From Amoebidium appalachense (lineage: Eukaryota; Protista; Ichthyosporea): a stretch of DNA of 64,000 nt. Shown here piece by piece: positions 1 to 47,795 of this stretch (position 1 is the stretch's first letter; each line of letters opens with the position of its first letter). Location of the stretch: the NCBI GenBank assembly GCA_963693365.1, contig CAVNZM010000004.1, forward strand, positions 5,954,564-6,018,563, written 5' to 3'. The translations under genes and the position numbers were made by a program. The notes under the pieces are model-generated. The model saw only the letters and a list, made by a program, of their open reading frames with translations, made no database searches and was not told where the DNA came from.

Positions 1-44
<44 letters not shown>

Positions 45-362
45 TTCGGCAACAAACACACACACACACACGCCCATGCACCCGCACGTATGCGCAAATG
101 CACAACAATTAGTTTGCTATGAGCTACTAATAATTAGAAGAAGGCCATGTTTGACCATATAACAACACCGGCAAAACTTTGACTAAATGCATATCAGGCA
201 CCCACAGCCCCCCCCCCCCCCCCCCCCCCCCACCTCCAAACACCACCACCACACACACACACGGTGTTGTCCGTTGTTTATGTATACTTCGTGTTTTATG
301 GCACATTCAACACCCCCCCCCCCCCCCCCCAAAAAAAAAAAAAAAAAAAAAAAACACACGAA

Positions 363-1066
363 GGGCGTGTTTGGCAGGGCAGTTATATCGTCTTTTCATC
401 GTATTCGTCTTTTCGGCCTAAAGACGAATACGAATATGTGTCCTGCCAAACGCGCCACAGGTTTCAAATTACGCTGAAGACGATGGACATCGCTCTAAAT
501 ACGTATTTTCGAAAATCACCTCCGGAGGAGATTTTCGAAAAGACTATATAACTTTAAGCCAATCATAACCGATATGAGCATCTTTTGGATCACTCTGATT
601 TAATCCAATATTTGCACCGCGGTGCACCTTTTATGGTTATTATGGTTTGGTATTGTTGGATATTGGGTCAGTGTCTGTTCTTTTCCCCATAATGCTTTTT
701 TACAACAGAAATAAAGAATAAATATTGTCGTGTATACCAAAGTATCTAAGTATTTATTTCCATATAAAACAAGAAAAAAAAAACGCCCCATTTTGACTTT
801 AATTACAGTTCGAGGTAATAAATGTATTATTTTTGTTTTACACCCCTTCACCCAATCATACATCTTAAATATACACTTTTCGCATTCCACTGATGAAACG
901 TAAATACGATCGGGCGGGCTCAACTTTCGTGTTCAGGCGTGTTTGGTACGCCAAAATCGTATTTCAGCCCCAAATACGCATACCACAAAATAATTTCATA
1001 AATACAATTGATCGTCTTTTCGCCATAAATACGAAAACGCTTTTTAGAGGGTTGCCAAACACGCCC
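363..1066. mobile_element. Non-autonomous TIR element (MITE), PIF/Harbinger (Tourist)-like
   Basis: Perfect 14 bp terminal inverted repeat GGGCGTGTTTGGCA (363-376) / TGCCAAACACGCCC (1053-1066). Flanks are GAA and TAA, a near-match to a 3 bp TAA target duplication. The AT-rich non-coding interior has recurrent AAATACG/CGTATT motifs. GGGC-TGTTTGG termini are typical of PIF/Tourist elements. Confidence 0.7.
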
Positions 1067-1319
1067 TAAAAAAAAAAAAAAGAAAAAAAAAGGGGGGGGG
1101 GGGGGGGGGGGGGGCACCATTCCGCGCAGGATTTACATGCACCACCAAGTAGTGTGGACAATCACTAGGGACACCAATCTTCATCCCCGTATGTTACGCT
1201 AGTGTAGGCATCCGACTGGCATATTGTCCGACTGTCTACTGCTTGCCTCGGACATGTGATGCAGATAAAATCTATGGTTGTGCTGCATATGCTAATAATA
1301 GCGTTTGTTCCTTCGGCAG

Positions 1320-2266
1320 GATGCTATGAAGCACATCCGTGACGTCATGCTGGAGGGGTCAGAGGTCGGCCACGAGATGTATTCGCTATGGAGGGAGTAC
1401 GAGGATGCACAGACACCCGGTACACGAATGCACACACACACAGAGAGAGAGACACATACACACATGCACGGACGCACGCGCGCGCACACACACACACTAA
1501 CACGCTAACACGCTAACAAACTAGTGTGAAGTTTGTAATGAAGAGAAGGCCGGCACACGAGCTCTTAGATGCAAGTGTTCTACTATATGGCCCAAAAGTC
1601 ACTGCAGGGGTAGGCCAAGTTTAAGATTTTCCGAATCTAAGATACTAAGCGCTAGAAATTTTGAAATAAAAAAAAAATCGAATCTACTTGGCTAGCCCCC
1701 ACAACATATATGAAGCCTAGAATTGTTTCCCTTTGTCCATGTGGGGCTAGGGGGCTCTGGATATAAGATTTAGCTGGCTGGAGCCAAAATTCACGCAACC
1801 TCAATATCGGCCAATCTCCGGGCACATTTCCCTTGTTGCCTGGTGGCATACTTTTTGCTGGAAAAGCAGTAAGTGCATACTGCTCCCTTTGTACTGACAC
1901 TGAAAAACATGCAGCGGCCAAGTTTGTGAAAGACCTGGACAAGTTTGAGATGATCGTGCAGGCATACGAATACGAAAAGGGTGAGTGCATTTGGTGTGTG
2001 TGTGTTTGCAAGCTCGTTCTTTGCTTGCTTGCACATGTCCCTGTGCATTTGTGTACATGCGCACACGTGTACATGTGCGCCTGCTTGGGGTGTATTTTTT
2101 TTTTTTGGTGTGCGCACATGTGCTTGGGTGGATTCATGGATGTGTGCATGTGTCTGTGTCTTATGTACGTACGTGTGTGTACAATGAGTGGGACAAGGTG
2201 GTGCAATAATCCAGGCAGTTCGGTGAAGCCTGTGACTGTTTATGGCAAGTAATGGGTTACTTTTTT

Positions 2267-2297
<31 letters not shown>

Positions 2298-3273
2298 TGT
2301 TTTGTTTGCTTGTTTGTTTTTTTGTTTTTTTGTTTGATTTTCGGCATGCTGCTTTGGTGTATGAACACGGCTTTCCTACCTGGCAGCCAAAACACCACAC
2401 CAAAAATTGAAACACATCCCACTGCAACCAGCACCAAGACAATGCACACAGCAGAAAAGAACAGAAAAGAAGGTGCTCCCATGTACTCCCACCCACATAC
2501 GATTAGACCTGTTCACAACAAAAATCGCCTCTTGCTCACAGGCACACAAGTTTGCAGCCTGATCCCCCCCCCCCAACACACACACACACACCCATCCAAT
2601 CACTATGGAGACTGAGACGTGGGTTGCATAGAATGTGGATAAGAAAAGGTGGAAACTAATTGAAAGAAAAAGTCAGAAAGATGCAAACGCCTTACCTTGC
2701 CTCCCCCCCCAAAAAAGGTGGGGGAATTTTTTTGATCAAAAAAGAAAACATCCACAACTGTAACACCGACACTCCCTTTCCCTTTTACTCCAAATGTAGC
2801 TTTATTCATATTTTTCCATTAATATCACTAATAGTGCGCAATCCCCCCATTCATATCGTGGATATCTGACATGGTTCCGGGTGTTTTTTAGCCGAATCCC
2901 GAGGAGGTGATCTCGAGTCTTTTTTCAAGTCCACACGGGGCAAGTTCCGCAGCCCGATGGTGCAGAAGTGGGTGGAGCAGCTGGAGAGAAGGAGGGAGAC
3001 ACTCAAGGAGGTGTGTGTGTGTGTGTGTGTCGGAGTGTGTATGTGTGGTGGTGGTGGTGGGCTCCCAGGGGGGAGGGGGGGGGAGAAAGAAGGAGGGAGG
3101 GTGGAAGGGAGGAAGGATGGGTGTGTGCTTGTAAATTGGTAGTGACTGTGCATGTGTATATGGGCATATGCGTGGTGTGTTGATGTCCGTGGTGCACACT
3201 GTTGTGTCGGTTTGTGTTGGGGTTGCCTCCCCCCCTCTCTCTTTCTTTCTTTCTTTCTTTTTTTTTTTTTTTT

Positions 3274-3304
<31 letters not shown>

Positions 3305-3444
3305 GGGGCAATCCCTGTTTTGTTTTTTGAAAGAATGCAGAGCGGGAAAGGGGGGGGAGGGGGAGGCTAATACTGGGGTTCTGCACTTGGCAGGAAAAAC
3401 AGGAGGAGGCTCCGAAAAGCAGCACGGAAGGGGCGGCACAGTAA
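1320..3444 (+). CDS. HDDC2: HD domain-containing protein 2 (5'-deoxynucleotidase HDDC2/YGK1-like), 3' exons; 5' part lies upstream of these exons
   Basis: GT-AG exons 1320-1419, 1915-1980, 2892-3010 and 3394-3444 join in frame: DAMKHIRDVMLEGSEVGHEMYSLWREYEDAQTPAAKFVKDLDKFEMIVQAYEYEKAESRGGDLESFFKSTRGKFRSPMVQKWVEQLERRR...TAA. LWxEYE and AKFVKDLDKFEMIxQAxEYE are HDDC2 hallmarks. Confidence 0.9.
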
Positions 3445-5674
3445 ATGCTCTGCTGGAGACAGAAAGACGGACAGACCGACAAGCAAGTGTTCTACTGACT
3501 GCATGCTGACTGTAGCAACTATGCATGGGTTTAAGTGACCGCACTTGCATTGAGCAAGTCGAGGCCTGCTTCTCTTACCGGTAAAGAATGAACACAGTAG
3601 CGTTGTATGATGCACGTATGAATGACACCCACCACAATCGATGGTAATAAATTCGAAAAAATTATTACACAAAGCACGTGTTACACCTGGATTGCATGGC
3701 TTAGTCCCACCATTTTTTCTAATAAACTGAAAACGGTGTGTACATGCGTTGTGGCAGAGATCTAAAAGAAGGCTCCTGTGGGTCATGGGATGGGCGTTGA
3801 GGCTTCGGATGTCCTAGTTGCCCCTTTCGCATATTCAATATGCGCACTTTTGGAGTCGTTGTTAGAGACGGGGCAGTGTGTGTGGGAGCTGCAGCACAGG
3901 TAGAGGGTAAGCGGAGAAGTCTCGCACATTTGATGTGTGAAAGCGCATGGGTGATGGTGCGGGCGTGTGTACATTTCACATGTTTGCAAGGGGAGGGGGA
4001 ATGGATGTTGGACATAAATGGGAAGGTGGTACGTTAGTGAAGACCCCCGGAAAGCTGGAGGGGAGGAGGGAAGGGGGCAATAGTGGGGATGGCCGAAGGA
4101 GGGAATGTGTGTGTGTGTGCGGGGGGGGGGGGGAAGAAGGGGGATTTTGAGCGAAAGGGAGACTGTGCCAGGGCGAGGCTTAGGGACAGAGGAGAGTGAT
4201 TGTAAGTGCACGCCCTCGAGAGGTACCTTCAGCAGCGTGACTAAGCGTGGACCATGGGAGCGGCGTTCCAGGAAGGGCGAAATGCGGGAAGCAGCAGGAA
4301 ACGAATTGAGGACATTTATCTTTCAATGTCCAAAACAGCCCCTCGATCTTTCCCAAAAGACTTTCACCTCAAAGCCACAACGTGGCATTCAGGCACCAGT
4401 GTCCAACATGAGCGAATGGCCACTGCACACACTTCAGTGGCACACACGGCTCAAGACAGGCACGCAGCAGAAAGGACTATCCTAGCTAAAATAAAATAGC
4501 AGTAGGCTACGTCTGCTTTATTTCCCTTCAGAGTCCTATTTGTTAGGAAAGCATAAAAGAAACTTTACACCAGCACTCGCACACAGCTGTAATGAGCACC
4601 ACGTGTGAGCCGCCATGTGTATGCACGCCTGACGCGGCCTGAGCCATACCAGCTGGGCCCCATCTTACGCGTCAGAAATACACTGATTGGATAAAAGGGT
4701 AAAAGCAATAATTATATATTCCGGTCTTGATTTAAAACGATAAAAAATACTGTGCCCTGAAAATGTAAGGTTCGTAACTTTTGTGTAAAAAAAAGATTAT
4801 AAGTATCTATGAAAACAAATAAAGGACTGAATGGTGTGCATATAGCACAACTCTGCCGTCTTACTGCTACTGTAAACTGGGCTCTTTGTTTGGGTTCACG
4901 GCGAGTTTGCCCTACTTCTATTGTTCCATCTGTTCGTGGCTATGATTGGTCTAAAGAGCACTCATGCTAATCCCCCTTGCTACTTTTTTGTGGGGCTTTA
5001 GAGAGCAAAAGCAACATATATACTGGAATTTGTGAAATATACATGTATGTAGCTTGTGACCGTGAGAATAAAGCCTCGCTATACCAGAAACCCTCTTTCT
5101 TCTTTCTTTGATTTTCTTTTATACACTGCCTATACAATGTCGGGCATAATGTTTGTAGCGGTAATGTCTCTTGGCCCAGCTGACTGGTAATCACAGTGAC
5201 TCGCAAGAAAACCGGCATAAAAGGCTCACGCACGCTCGAAAGTTTGGGGAGAACCCTCGTTTCAAGAGCCAATGGACGGGCAGACCCGATCCGAATCCAT
5301 GGCCAAGAAACCTTCTTTGTCGTGTCTTGGGTAGTGCATGCTGTCACGTTTTCGTGTACAAACCAAACCTCACCTCGGAGACGGAAAGGGTCGGAAGAGA
5401 GGAATTTTAGAGTATTATTACTGTGCAAGGAGGTGACAATAGATGTAGTTTAAACTAGCCATTTGTACTCGATGGCTGTTTTTTAGGCGAGTTTCCAGGA
5501 CACGTTCTCCACCCATGTAGTGTTCACTTCCTGGCGCTCCCTCCCATGTGTGTGTGAGACAAGGGTATACAAAGGGCTTGCTCCTACCATCTCTAAACAC
5601 GGTTTTGCGTATGCGTAATTGTTACCTTAGATTGATATAGATAAAGCTGGAAAGGTAGTGACTTAAGGCCGACT

Positions 5675-29760
<24,086 letters not shown>

Positions 29761-29964
29761 CCTAATTGGGTATTGTTGTAATGCCCGAGCCCTTTATTGT
29801 GTCTTTCGGTTCATGTCCTTTGCTGGAAACAAAGCTTTATCAGGATGGAGGTTCGTTTGTGTCGTTGTTGCTCTGTGTGGTATTCAAATCAATTCAGTGC
29901 TCTAAATCATGCTGTTACTCGGTGTGGGTATCATTTGGAGATCGTTGTTCCCTCCGGGGGGAAA

Positions 29965-29998
<34 letters not shown>

Positions 29999-30281
29999 TG
30001 TACTCCAGTTGTTGTAATGTAGAAGTAGCTAAAGAGAGCTCCGTAGCACCAGGTCATATTGTTTCGTCCTCAACCTGGGATAGTTGTACAGAGTCGGTGT
30101 TAGATGCTCTGTCTGGTTTTTAAATCGAGTGGCGCGAATAACACTGCATATTCACTCACGATTTGCGCTATCGAGTGAGTGATCGTGTTTGTACCTGTGT
30201 ACACGTGTTGATTGTTATGGTTCCACATGTTCCGTTGGTGTTACACAACAGTTTGTTAATGCTAATTTGTTGATCTTTTTT

Positions 30282-30331
<50 letters not shown>

Positions 30332-31340
30332 TTGCGTTTCCCAGGTTTATCTTGATTCCTTGTGGCAATGCACTAAGCTTCATTGCATCCATGTCGCATT
30401 TGCACTTTTCATTTCCTCCGTTCTTGTGTCACAGTGACATTCGGCGCATCTTTTGATCCATAACTACAAAAAATATCAAGCCTTAAGTACGAACAATTCA
30501 CTAGCGCCTGTGTGCTTTGTTTGGCACACACACACATTGTATTGATTGTAGCAGAGCGCGCTATAGATGCGCGCCATTAGGCAGTGTGGTCAGACATTGA
30601 GACCGCTTGTCACCATGTGCACGTGTGTGTTTGCACCAGTAGAAAGCCATTGAAATCAAGCTCTGGCTAGTCGTGTAAACCAAATGGACAGGTTCCGTGT
30701 ATGTACGTATATGCGCGGATGCTCCCTTGAGGGGGTTGAGGAGCGCTGGTTCGCTGCTCGAAAAATAACACTGCCAAGGATCGTCGTTAATACGGACGGT
30801 ACATGTATCCGAAATTGGGAAATTAGCAGAAAGAGCTCGAAAGGAATAGTAGAAAGAGCTCGAAATCCAGGATTGCAAGTCGGTGAAATGATTTTCTACT
30901 ACGTAGTTTGTATACATAACAGCCGCCCCCCTCGTTCCCGTGCAGGCTACAGTGTAAAGTCATCCAAAATAATCATGGCATTGCGTGCAGACCACTGGGG
31001 GACTGATGCCTGTGCCGGCATGCATGCATGGCGGGGCTGGCACATGCACACGTGACACACGGTAAGCGTGTACACATATGATACACACTTTACATGTGTG
31101 CACATTTGATACTCGTCTATCACCTCAGATCTTCAATTTCTTTTTACCTTTTTGGGGGGGAATAGATATAGTATTACGTACAATACGTAGCTTTTTTGTG
31201 TTCATGTGTGTGTGCGTGCGTGCCTGTGTGTGTGTGTGTGTGTGTGTTGGGGATATGTAGCATGCTATGTACATGTGCATACATCGATATCGTGTGTGCC
31301 AGGGAGAGGCACGCGGGAGAGCCCCCGGGGGGAGGGGGAT

Positions 31341-31388
<48 letters not shown>

Positions 31389-31687
31389 ATGTGGAGAGGG
31401 ACAGCGTACGAGTTTGCAAAGTAGAGAGAGAGACAGAGGCCACTAAGGGGCCCCGGGGGGGGGGGGAGGGGAGGGGAGGGGAGGGGGCAAAGGGGGGGGA
31501 GGGGGGGGGGGGACTCGAAGCGAGAGGGTCATTTTTTCGGTGTTTACTCGAGGCACAGAGAGTCCAGTCTCAGGTATGGGGGGGATACCAGTATCAGGTA
31601 GACATAGAGAGGGGAAGGGGAAGAGAAAGAGATAGAGAGAAAGAGAGAGGCAGAGATTTTAATCAGGGAGGGGGGAAAGGCGGGGAA

Positions 31688-31735
<48 letters not shown>

Positions 31736-32324
31736 TTGTACGCGCACCGTGCTCAGTCCCCACTCGGCTCGCCAAGCGACTAAGCGATCTGCTGCCCTAT
31801 TTATATAATGATGAACAACGATAAGAGTAGCCAATGAAACGTATGCTGTTTTTTGGCTATGATATACATCCAATGAAATCGAACAATAACTTCAATAAGT
31901 CATGAAGGTATGTGGTAAAGTAGATGTGTTTTGTGTGTATCCAAATATCCCGTACACTCGTGATCCGTATGTATTCAGGTCATTAAAAAACATTTTATGA
32001 TAATAAAAAAATACAAAAATTGGCTGTTTTGGCCTCTACTTGCTCGAGTAAGTACTTAGCCGTGATATACCTCACCTTCAGTTTCATCTTTAGATGGGCA
32101 GCCGCTTTTTTTTATCCCCGGCCAACAACCAATCGAAGCCCCGGTAGACCGTAGCTGGCTGACCCGTCGATTACAGGGTTCGAATTCTGTTTTTGAAACT
32201 TTGGGGTAGGGTCTAAATTGTTTGGGATTCGCCAAAAAAACTTTGGGAAAACGGTTTGGGAAAATCCTGACTATTGAATACTTGAAGACGACGACAACCC
32301 CACTGAACGGCTCCCCAGTCACAG

Positions 32325-32381
<57 letters not shown>

Positions 32382-32711
32382 CCCTCCGACAGTACTAGTA
32401 ATCACATGTGTGTGACTGCACAAACACGTAAACAGGGCGTGCCCCCCTCCCGGGATCCCCTACCCCCTCTTCCCCCCCCCCCCCCCCCTCACCCCCCTCC
32501 CCCCCCTCCCCCTCCGGATCCCCCCAGTGACCCACTGTAGTACCCACTCACGGCCCGCAAACCCTCCCCTCCCCCTTCCCCCGGCCCCCCCAAAAAGGGT
32601 CTCCCACCTCCCGCCCCCCGGCTCCCCGCCTCCGATACTACACTTTCAGGCCCCCCCTCCCCCCCCCCCCCCCCCCCCCCCCCCTCGAGCTCTCAGACCC
32701 GGGGCCCCCTT

Positions 32712-32747
<36 letters not shown>

Positions 32748-33646
32748 ACGTCCCCATGGGCACCAATATTCAACCACAGTCCAGTGACTTTACCCACTCG
32801 AGCCCCTCCCCGGCCTCCCCACCGGCCTCCCCCTCCCCCCCCCCCCCCCCAAACCCTTCTGGTCCCCCCCCCCCCCCCCCGGCCATATGTCCCCCCCCCC
32901 CCCCCCCCTCGGAGGTTCTTTGGGAATCCAAAAAAAAGTTTGGGAAATTCCCAAATTTTTTTTAGAAATTTCGATCCCTGGCGTCGAATGGAATTTTGCA
33001 TGTTCGTGAGTCAGACAGAGTGGACGCAGTTTTGTTTTCACGTTCTGTGGTCACTTTTTGTACGACGAACAAGGCCGGAATCCTTTGAAGAGTTCAAAAA
33101 AAAATCTTAAGGTTCAGCGCAGCAGGTGTGTTAGCTTGTCAAAACGGAGCAGTTGGATGAGTGTGGGGACCTTTTGGATGGGGAGAAAAAGCGCGTTAGA
33201 CATTGACTAGACCCGCCATTAGATCGGGCCTACACCCATTACTTGTGCACGGGTTGGCACCATAGTTCCGAGGCTGTCCATTTTTGTGGTTTGGTGGCCC
33301 CGTGTGGTATTTTTGTCACAGGCTGCTTGAAGCATCAACTTGGGCTATTGAATTCTTGTGTGAGCGCCCGTAATGTTGCTCGTGCACATTTGGTATTACG
33401 CTAGGAAATGCAGGCTATTGCGTTGCTGTGTAAGTATGTCAAGACGAGTGTGTGTGTGTGTGCACACGAATGCAGAAGTGGCAAACACGACCATGTTTTC
33501 AGGGTTCTGCTCCATCTTGTTAGTAATCGGCGTAGTCAAGCGTTTCAGGTAGTATGTTTTCCCACGGCCCTGCCCCCACCATCGTCCTCCCCCTCGGCTG
33601 CCATGTACATTGCTGACCTTTTTTCTTGTAACAGGAACACAGCAAC

Positions 33647-43024
<9,378 letters not shown>

Positions 43025-43826
43025 TTGGTGTGTGTTTTTGGGCGTGTTTTGGCATGTTTGCGCGTGTTTGAGCGCGTTTGGGCATGATATATATAACTCA
43101 TTTGTGGCAGAAGGGTGGCAATGTCAATATGTGTTGAGATGTGTCCGTTTTTGCTTTGACATCCGCTGTATTGGTAGTGAATTCGTGCCGCCACTGCAAT
43201 CATCGGGCCAAAGAAACTGGGCTAGCTAGCTAAACATTCATGGTGTTAAGCTTTGGTGTGCTTCGTAGACGATGCCACTGGCATATCGATAATATGACAT
43301 AAGGACAATGGGGTTAACCGAACAAGCAACAATGGTCTAACCGAACATATGCATATATAGCAAGTGAAAAACATTAACATATTTTTTGGCGCGGGTTTCT
43401 TACGTAGTATGTAAAACATGATGGCGCCCCTTTGCTTCCCGTCTAGACGGGGGGGTTTCCCTCCGAAAGTTCATCTAGACAATTTAATATGTATGGATGT
43501 GCACGTGATTTGAACGAAGGCACGACAATTTTCGGTCACCCCTTTTTATAATAGTGTTCTCTGTTGGTTCTTCCAGGCACCTTTTTAACCAGTGGTAAAA
43601 AGAAGCCCGGGTCGTCATTTTATTCTTTTGCAATAATGCAATAAAATCTAACAGCCATATCCTACTGGTGGATTGCAGCTACTATTTATCCGTGTGCACA
43701 AATGTTGCAGATCGATGCATGTTCAGATTTTAAGTTTGTGCACCATGTACATGCCGTGAAAACATGTATAACGTGAGGTCTTTGTGTCAGTGCACGTTAA
43801 CATGTGTCGTGTGTGTTTGGGGAATT

Positions 43827-43857
<31 letters not shown>

Positions 43858-45129
43858 ATGTGAGCAGTAATGTCTGCAGTACCGGTAGAGGTGCCGGTGC
43901 AGTGGTTGGTGTGGCATGCATTCGGGAGCATGTGCTGGTAAAAGTTTGGTCGAACTAGTACTTACACTGTCCGTACCCCAGGCAGAGGTTTCTATGGTTT
44001 TGGGGGGCTACGTAGACACAAACGGCATTGTAATTATCCTATGACAAATAGAGCCGGACACGATGGTCGTCCCCATGAACGTGCATGTGTGAACACGGTG
44101 GTGGTGGTGTGTGTGTGTGTGTGTGTGTGTGCGTGTGTGTGTACGTGTGTGTGTGTACGTGTGTGTGTGTGGGTGGGTGGGGGCCGCGGGGAGGGGGGGG
44201 GGGGGGGGGGGGGGGGACACCGTCTGGGCTACCAAGACGAAATTTCTGAAAAGGCCGGGCACGGAGGGGAGGGGGAGGGGGGGGGGAGGGGGGTAGATGA
44301 ATGTGTGTACGTGTGGATGTATGTGTGTGTTTTGGAGAGAGGGGGGAGGAGGGGCCGGGGCATGGCCGGGGAGGGGGGAATGGGTGTTCTTGTGTCATTC
44401 ATTACCCCTTAATTAAGCCCGTAAATTTAAAGGCGCACGGAACACTGTGATTTTCGCAAATCGTATGCATGCGGAATCTTGTCCACTGACGTGCTGGGTG
44501 AGGGGGGGGAGGGGAGAGGGATGGTGGTTCTTTTGTCATTAATCCGGAACCAGGCCCGTATATGAAACATTTTAAGTTTATGCATACGAAATCTTGTCCA
44601 CGGACGTGCTTCTACACGAACGGACACTGTATACATCCTCAACATATCACTATAATCGACTCCAGCTAACTTGAAGCTAGGTGTCACTGTTACTACATAC
44701 ATGCCCACAACTCAATCCCTTTGGTTAGCTGAAAAAAATCATTTACTTTAAAGAAGGCAAGTGGGGCCACCAAAACCAGCCAATTATTATTAAGCAATAG
44801 CTAGCTGAGCGCCACAAGGCAACGGTTACCACATAACCTAAATTTGGCTACTGAAAACCATTTAACTATTAAATTTCCCTTATAGATTCAGCTCCTACTT
44901 AGGACTACGTACCCCAACACATTCATTCTATGACATTCAAGCACTTTCATAAATATTAAAGATGCAACCCCGGTCTATCACTCGGAACTCTCTTGCCGCT
45001 GTTTAACACCGCATGCACACAGTGGCTGTTTGACGGGTGGCCGCAATGTTCGTTATTTGCGCCTGCAGCCAGAAAACAATCAATAGTAGCCCCATTTGCA
45101 TCGCAAACAGATCCGTGATGACATACAAC

Positions 45130-45173
<44 letters not shown>

Positions 45174-45466
45174 CACACACACACATACCCCAACGCACAC
45201 ACACACACACACACCAAGGCAGCAAGACACCTAAATGTGAAACCTTCGTCATGTCCTCCCTCTTTACGGCTTGATCCGAGGTTGGCCAAAAAGCAAAGGT
45301 CTGTCGCAATATTGTATGCAAGCCTTGCCCAAACACCCAAAGAAATTTATCATAGATGATCGATTGACGACTCCACATGCGTATAGAATCGAGTAATCAA
45401 AATTACACACAGTGCACACTAGGAAGCATATGGATATGCAAGTGGATAGAAGGGACCACGGGCTTT

Positions 45467-45668
45467 TCAGGAAGACAACACAGAACATAACCCCCAAAAA
45501 GGAAAACAGAAAGGAGGGCACCCAACACGTGTGTGTTGTCTTGGGGGCGGAAAGAGAACGTAAGGGTGAGGAGGGGGGAAGGGGGGCGGATCAATACTTG
45601 GGGAAGGGGGGAGCGAGAAAGAGACAGAGAGGGATAGAGAGAGAGGGGGATGAGGAGGGGGGGGGGGG

Positions 45669-45709
<41 letters not shown>

Positions 45710-45837
45710 GGAAAGAGAGAGAGAGAGAGAGTGTGTGTGTGTGTCTGTGAATGTGCGCGTGTTTACACGTGGAGGGAGGGAGGGAGGGAGGGAGGGAGAG
45801 GGAGAGGGAGAGGGAGAGGGGGAGGGAGAGGGAGAGG

Positions 45838-45882
<45 letters not shown>

Positions 45883-47276
45883 AGAGAGAGCGCGACTGTG
45901 TGTGTATGTGTGTGTGTGTGTCTGTGTGTGTGTGTATGGGGTTTATGTGCATATGTGAGCAAGGGGCCCGGGGGGGGGGAGGGACAGAGAGAGAGGGGGA
46001 AGGGAGCGAGTGAGGAGTGAGTGAGTGGGTGAGTGAGTGAGTGGGTGAGTGAGTGAGTGAGGGTTGGAGGGTTGGGGGGTGGAAGGAGAGAGAGAGAGAA
46101 ACAACACCCACCTCAGCCAGCGCAGGTCCTCCGGGGCTGGACTACAGTCCTCCAACGAGAACTCCGCAACCTCCACCTGTATGGGTGCAAACAGTCAGCA
46201 CTCAATCACGTGAAGTCGTCGCCGGTGGATTCAATGCTACTTGCTAGAATGCGATTTAACGGTTCGATCAACGTTATACTCTAATGCTCTAATACAGTAA
46301 ACCCCTCAGTCTGCTTTGGCATCAAGAATTCAGTTAAGATGAATTCATAAAGCGTGTGTATTGATAGATACAACTTTGCTTCTATGCATATTGTTTTTAT
46401 CTGTTAACCAGGTTTCAAAAATTTGATCTTCCAAGAAGCTTGGCGTCCACAGCTTTATACAACTTTCCGAAGGTGGGTTCGTGTTACAGGAAAGGACAGG
46501 GGGGACGGGGAGGGGGAGGAGGAGGGGGGAGGGGGGGGAGGGGGAGGAGTCTACTGGCGCAAAGGATTTGGTTGGAGAGAGAAAGACAGGCTGTGGAGGC
46601 AGGCACGTACCATGGGGAACTCGTTAGGCAGGTCCCCAACCTCCCTCTTCCACTCAAGTTTCTGCGCTGCCTGCAGAGCCTCAGCCTCGTACTGTTGCCT
46701 CTGTATCAGTGCTATCTGCAAGAGTCTGAATTAGCACAGGTACAAAACAAAACATCAGGTGTACGAATGGTGCGAAGAGAAGGTCGTTATCGTCGCCATG
46801 AACAAGTGATCAGATTGGACAAAGAGAAGAAAATTTCTCGCTGCCTTCTTTTCAACCTTCAGTGCTTTGTTCTTTCTGTACTTTCCATTCTTTTTCGGGT
46901 GTGTGTATTTTTTATGTGTGGCGCCCTTGCTTTTCTCTCTCTCTCTGTGTGTGGTTATAGGTGTGAGAGGATTACGGTGATTTGAGATCAGGAAATCCTA
47001 GTGGATCCCATACAAAAAAGAGGTAAGAGGTTACCAGGGAAAAAAGGGGCGATGGGTGTGAAGGGGGGGGGGGAGGGGAGGGGGGGGGGGGGAGGAGGGA
47101 GGGGGGCGGAGGGGGGGGAGGAGGGGGGGGGGGTAGAGGGGCGGAAGGGGGGCTACCTTTTGCGTTACAAGTGTCTTTGCAAATTCAGAGTCCGGCTTAA
47201 ATTTTGGTCTGCTGCGGTCCAACATGTTTGAAATCTGCACATGCACGTATTGGTCAATCACCACAGGTAAGAAGTA

Positions 47277-47326
<50 letters not shown>

Positions 47327-47795
47327 ATCCCACACACACACACAAAAAAAATGGGAGAAAAAAAAAAAGAAAAAGAAGAAAAAGGAAAAGGAAAAAAGAA
47401 TGGGCAGAACCTGTGGCCACATGCTTATCACAAAAACCTTTGGTAAAGATAGCGAAGATAAGAGCAACTAAGAACACCCAACAAGATGTTATCATATAAA
47501 TAAGACGACAAACCCATGCTCGAAAAAAAAACACACACACACGTACCTCCCCAGTGTTGCCGAACCTCTGCTTGACGAGGTACTCACAGGCGCCGGGGGC
47601 TATCCTTCCCGGTGGCCTGTGGGGTGCGGGGCTAACATCACTGCCCTGTGTGGCATATGTCTGGCACGCACTGACTATCTCCCCCTCCACATACTGCTTG
47701 AACTTGTCCACCTCGAGACGGTGTCTCCTTTGAAGCTCCAAACGTGCAGCCGCTTGCCTCTTGGCCAGCGCGCTAGAGACAGAGGCCGTTGCCAT
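45467..47795 (-). CDS. Uncharacterised small protein, multi-exon
   Basis: ATG at 47795. Exons MATASVSSALAKRQAAARLELQRRHRLEVDKFKQYVEGEIV...RFGNTGE / ISNMLDRSRPKFKPDSEFAKTLVTQK / IALIQRQQYEAEALQAAQKLEWKREVGDLPNEFPM / VEVAEFSLEDCSPAPEDLRWLR join in phase through GT-AG introns. The last exon (ending 45467) is tentative. Confidence 0.6.

Noticed and set aside
32140-32195. tRNA gene (GGGTTCGAATTC followed by a T-run)
   Set aside because: Only a B-box/T-arm-like motif is present; no acceptor, D or anticodon stems could be built.
44370-44615. Degenerate ~130-140 bp direct duplication (GAATCTTGTCCAC.GACGTGCT)
   Set aside because: Real but old local duplication with no termini or coding signal; nothing more can be supported.
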